This document shows, in pieces, positions 29,747 to 32,000 of a stretch of 32,000 bases of DNA (positions are counted from its first letter, which is position 1; each line of letters opens with the position of its first letter). The notes under the pieces are model-generated. The model was not told the DNA's origin. It saw only the letters and a program-made list of their open reading frames with translations, and searched no databases. Location: positions 180,001 through 212,000 of the forward strand of contig JALHOH010000002.1 of NCBI GenBank assembly GCA_022843095.1. Direction: 5' to 3'. The DNA is from Candidatus Saccharimonadota bacterium. Lineage in GTDB: Bacteria; Patescibacteriota; Patescibacteriia; 2-12-FULL-60-25. The position numbers were made by a program, and so were the translations under genes.

Positions 29747-32000
29747 TACACGTTTTTGAGTTCACCGGTCTCCTTAAGTTGCTGAACACGCGCCTTCACC
29801 TGCGCCTGGAGTTTGGAATCTAAACTGGACAACGATTGTTCAAATGCCCCTGTATCCAATTCATTTACCCCCAACCGCGTGGTGATATGCGGCTCAATGA
29901 AGTAGTCGAGAACCACGGTCTGCTTCAGCGCTTCTGGGTCAAGCTTTGCCTGCGCAGCTACATCTTTCTTGATTTCACTCATCACGCGTCCGAACTCCGC
30001 GTCTGGCGCAAGATGAGGCTTCACCTTCATCGTCATTTCTACTTCTTTCACCTTTCCAGCATTTCCTTCCGTCTTCGCCTCATCGTAGGAAGCGGCGAGG
30101 TTCTTCTTCTGATCCTCAATCATGACACCCGTCTGCGCGACAGACTTTCGTGACGCATTCTCTTTTTCAACAGAACGAGATTCTGCATCTGCCACATTCT
30201 TCATCGTCACAGAAACGTCCGCTTGAGCCCTCTCGGGTGAACCCGCGTTCTTCCCCAAAGCCGCCTTAAACGCCACCTTATATTCCCGATCTGCGTTCGC
30301 ATACAACGCCTTGGCATCGTCTTGCGTGATCTGGCCCGACTTCACACGAGAATCAATGTCTTTCTTTGCCTGCTCGTAGGTCGCCTTTGCGGCTTCCGCT
30401 GTTTTCGCGCCACTACCAGCCTTGTTTGCAACCGGATTATTTGACACCTCTTGCACACTACCCGGTGCTGCTGGGGCAAGAGAGGCTTCCACCTGTTTGC
30501 GAATATCTGCCGCATTTGTGACAGCCGCCGCTTTCGTCGCCTCTCGTTCCTTGGAGGCACCATCTAACTTCTGCAACCGCTCCACTTCCAGCTGCTTTTT
30601 CTCTGATTCAAGCGCGGTACCCGCTACCTTCCCATCATATTCCTTATTGATCGCGCGGACGTCCTGGGCATACTTCGCATCCGCCTGCTCTTCCACGTAT
30701 TTGCGATCAGCGCGGTTCTGCGTCATCGCCCCGACCTTCTCTGCGGCATATGCACCCGGCTTCTTGGCAATTTCCAACGCCTTCGCACCAACCGCCTGCT
30801 TCGTTTCTGTCCATTTCGCCTCCTCTTCCGCCATTCGCTGCTTAAAATCAATCCCCTTTTCTTTTAGCATTGCATCAATCTTTTCCTTTGCACGTAATTC
30901 TTCAGGCTTATCACCCAATGATTTGCGATAACGGTACAAGGCCTCCGGATCATTCTTTAATCCGCGAGCATTTGCCAAATAATCCTTGGTGCGATCTGCG
31001 ATGCGCGCCTGTTCCGCCCCCGCCATCTTCGCAAGCGTGCCGCCGGCGATGGAACGGACACCCGGCACAGCAAGCCCCGCCTTCCCAACCGCCGCTGTCG
31101 CCTTGGTTGTCAACCCGTACCGCTGATTCACCAAACCGGCGCCACGCTGGACGCCACGTCCTGCCAAAGCCGCTGCGCCAAGAGCAACGCCACCCGCAAC
31201 CGCACCTACCTGCAACCCACGCTTTGGAAGGCTCTGCAACAACCCATTCACACGGTCAAAACCCGGCAACGCCCCCGCCGTCTTGCCGGCCGCCTGAAGC
31301 CCCATCCACATCATCGCGATCGAGACGATAAACGTGGTGATCGTATCCACATTGCCAAGCTGAGAGGCAAACGCATCAAATCCTGAGGTAGAAGGGCTGG
31401 TCATGAGACCCGTCGCTTCTCCCAATCGACCACCGTTTGCCGCAGATGCACGCTGAATCGTGGCGAGCGTAATATACAAGAAGAATGCCATCACCGGACC
31501 GCTTACCAAATACCCGCTATAGTTTCGCCAAAAATCGCTCGTAAACGCACTGACCGCATCCTGCAACTTCCCAGGAAGTGCGGTTGCAAAAAAAGCGACT
31601 GGAGAAAAAATCATGAGCATCCACAACCCCAAAATGCGCACAAGCACAAATGCGATCATGGCGAGCACCGTCATGATCATGATCCCAATACACACGATCG
31701 CCAGCAAAATCGTAATGAAAAGTTTCATTTGATCCACACTCGCCTGCGCTGCCGCTTCTGACCCCGGTCGAAACTGCATGGCACCGTTTAATCCGAACCC
31801 ATTCACGAAGTTTCCCGCCGCCGCATCCTTGAATGCGTTCACAAAGGTGAGCATCACCACCTGCGAAAAATCGATGCCTAACGCCAAAATAGTACGACTG
31901 AAGTTAATAAGAACCGCCATGAGCAATAGTTTTGGCAGGACGCGGGTGTAATGGAACTCGTCACGATACCCAATGATGGTGGCAAATGCCGAAACAAGCA
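29746..32000 (-). CDS. TrbL/VirB6-like polytopic membrane protein with a long K/A/E-rich C-terminal tail (5' end lies outside the window)
   Basis: The frame stays open to the window edge; no stop occurs upstream of the ORF-track TTG start at 31926. At least 5 hydrophobic helices are present, for example LFITILLAIVCIGIMIMTVLAMIAFVLV, LWMLMIFSPVAFFATAL, GPVMAFFLYITLATI and ITTFIVSIAMMWMGL. A low-complexity tail of about 425 aa follows. Confidence 0.75.
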   Translation of the reverse strand, partial: LVSAFATIIGYRDEFHYTRVLPKLLLMAVLINFSRTILALGIDFSQVVMLTFVNAFKDAAAGNFVNGFGLNGAMQFRPGSEAAAQASVDQMKLFITILLAIVCIGIMIMTVLAMIAFVLVRILGLWMLMIFSPVAFFATALPGKLQDAVSAFTSDFWRNYSGYLVSGPVMAFFLYITLATIQRASAANGGRLGEATGLMTSPSTSGFDAFASQLGNVDTITTFIVSIAMMWMGLQAAGKTAGALPGFDRVNGLLQSLPKRGLQVGAVAGGVALGAAALAGRGVQRGAGLVNQRYGLTTKATAAVGKAGLAVPGVRSIAGGTLAKMAGAEQARIADRTKDYLANARGLKNDPEALYRYRKSLGDKPEELRAKEKIDAMLKEKGIDFKQRMAEEEAKWTETKQAVGAKALEIAKKPGAYAAEKVGAMTQNRADRKYVEEQADAKYAQDVRAINKEYDGKVAGTALESEKKQLEVERLQKLDGASKEREATKAAAVTNAADIRKQVEASLAPAAPGSVQEVSNNPVANKAGSGAKTAEAAKATYEQAKKDIDSRVKSGQITQDDAKALYANADREYKVAFKAALGKNAGSPERAQADVSVTMKNVADAESRSVEKENASRKSVAQTGVMIEDQKKNLAASYDEAKTEGNAGKVKEVEMTMKVKPHLAPDAEFGRVMSEIKKDVAAQAKLDPEALKQTVVLDYFIEPHITTRLGVNELDTGAFEQSLSSLDSKLQAQVKARVQQLKETGELKNV

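Noticed and set aside
20082-32000. Integrative conjugative element inserted at the tRNA-Ser genes
   Set aside because: The T4SS-like operon lies next to tRNA-Ser genes. However, the window holds no integrase, relaxase, VirD4 or direct repeat of a tRNA 3' end, and housekeeping-type genes (cls, dedA, comF) are embedded in the operon. This cannot be excluded without the sequence beyond 32000.

Overview
This is a gene-dense bacterial chromosomal segment, moderately GC-rich by eye, with about 30 CDS, 3 tRNAs and no rRNA, CRISPR array or recognisable transposase. Most gene junctions are short or overlapping.

Plus-strand block, 1-13.8 kb: htpX (partial), a clpC-like gene, a 1027-aa low-complexity tail-anchored protein, a TolB-like beta-propeller, a DsbA-like oxidoreductase, two tandem paralogous Cys-rich exoproteins, and radA. 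The two paralogs share a signal peptide, a Cys-rich module and a pilin-like two-helix hairpin, but carry different C-terminal domains.

Middle, 13.8-20.4 kb: recG, an orphan sensor kinase with two small membrane proteins, tRNA-Arg(GCG), an XRE-MGMT-membrane protein operon, a MazG-like gene, a divergent tRNA-Ser pair, and about 330 bp of non-coding sequence that looks structured.

Minus-strand block, 20.7 kb to the window edge: one tightly packed operon that looks like a minimal type IV secretion-like apparatus. It encodes a TrbL/VirB6-like protein, two unknown proteins, a PrgI/VirB3-like protein, VirB4 split by a single in-frame TAA, and a VirB8-like candidate. These are directly fused to comF, a cardiolipin synthase, a DedA protein and a small acidic protein.

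The two best candidates for an undescribed system are (1) this minimal VirB4/VirB6/PrgI operon coupled to ComF and lipid-remodelling genes, and (2) the DsbA-coupled pair of pilin-hairpin fusion exoenzymes. The gene content resembles small-genome, Gram-positive-type or Candidate Phyla Radiation-like lineages, but that is inference only. All domain calls come from motifs read by eye in the supplied translations; no searches were run.
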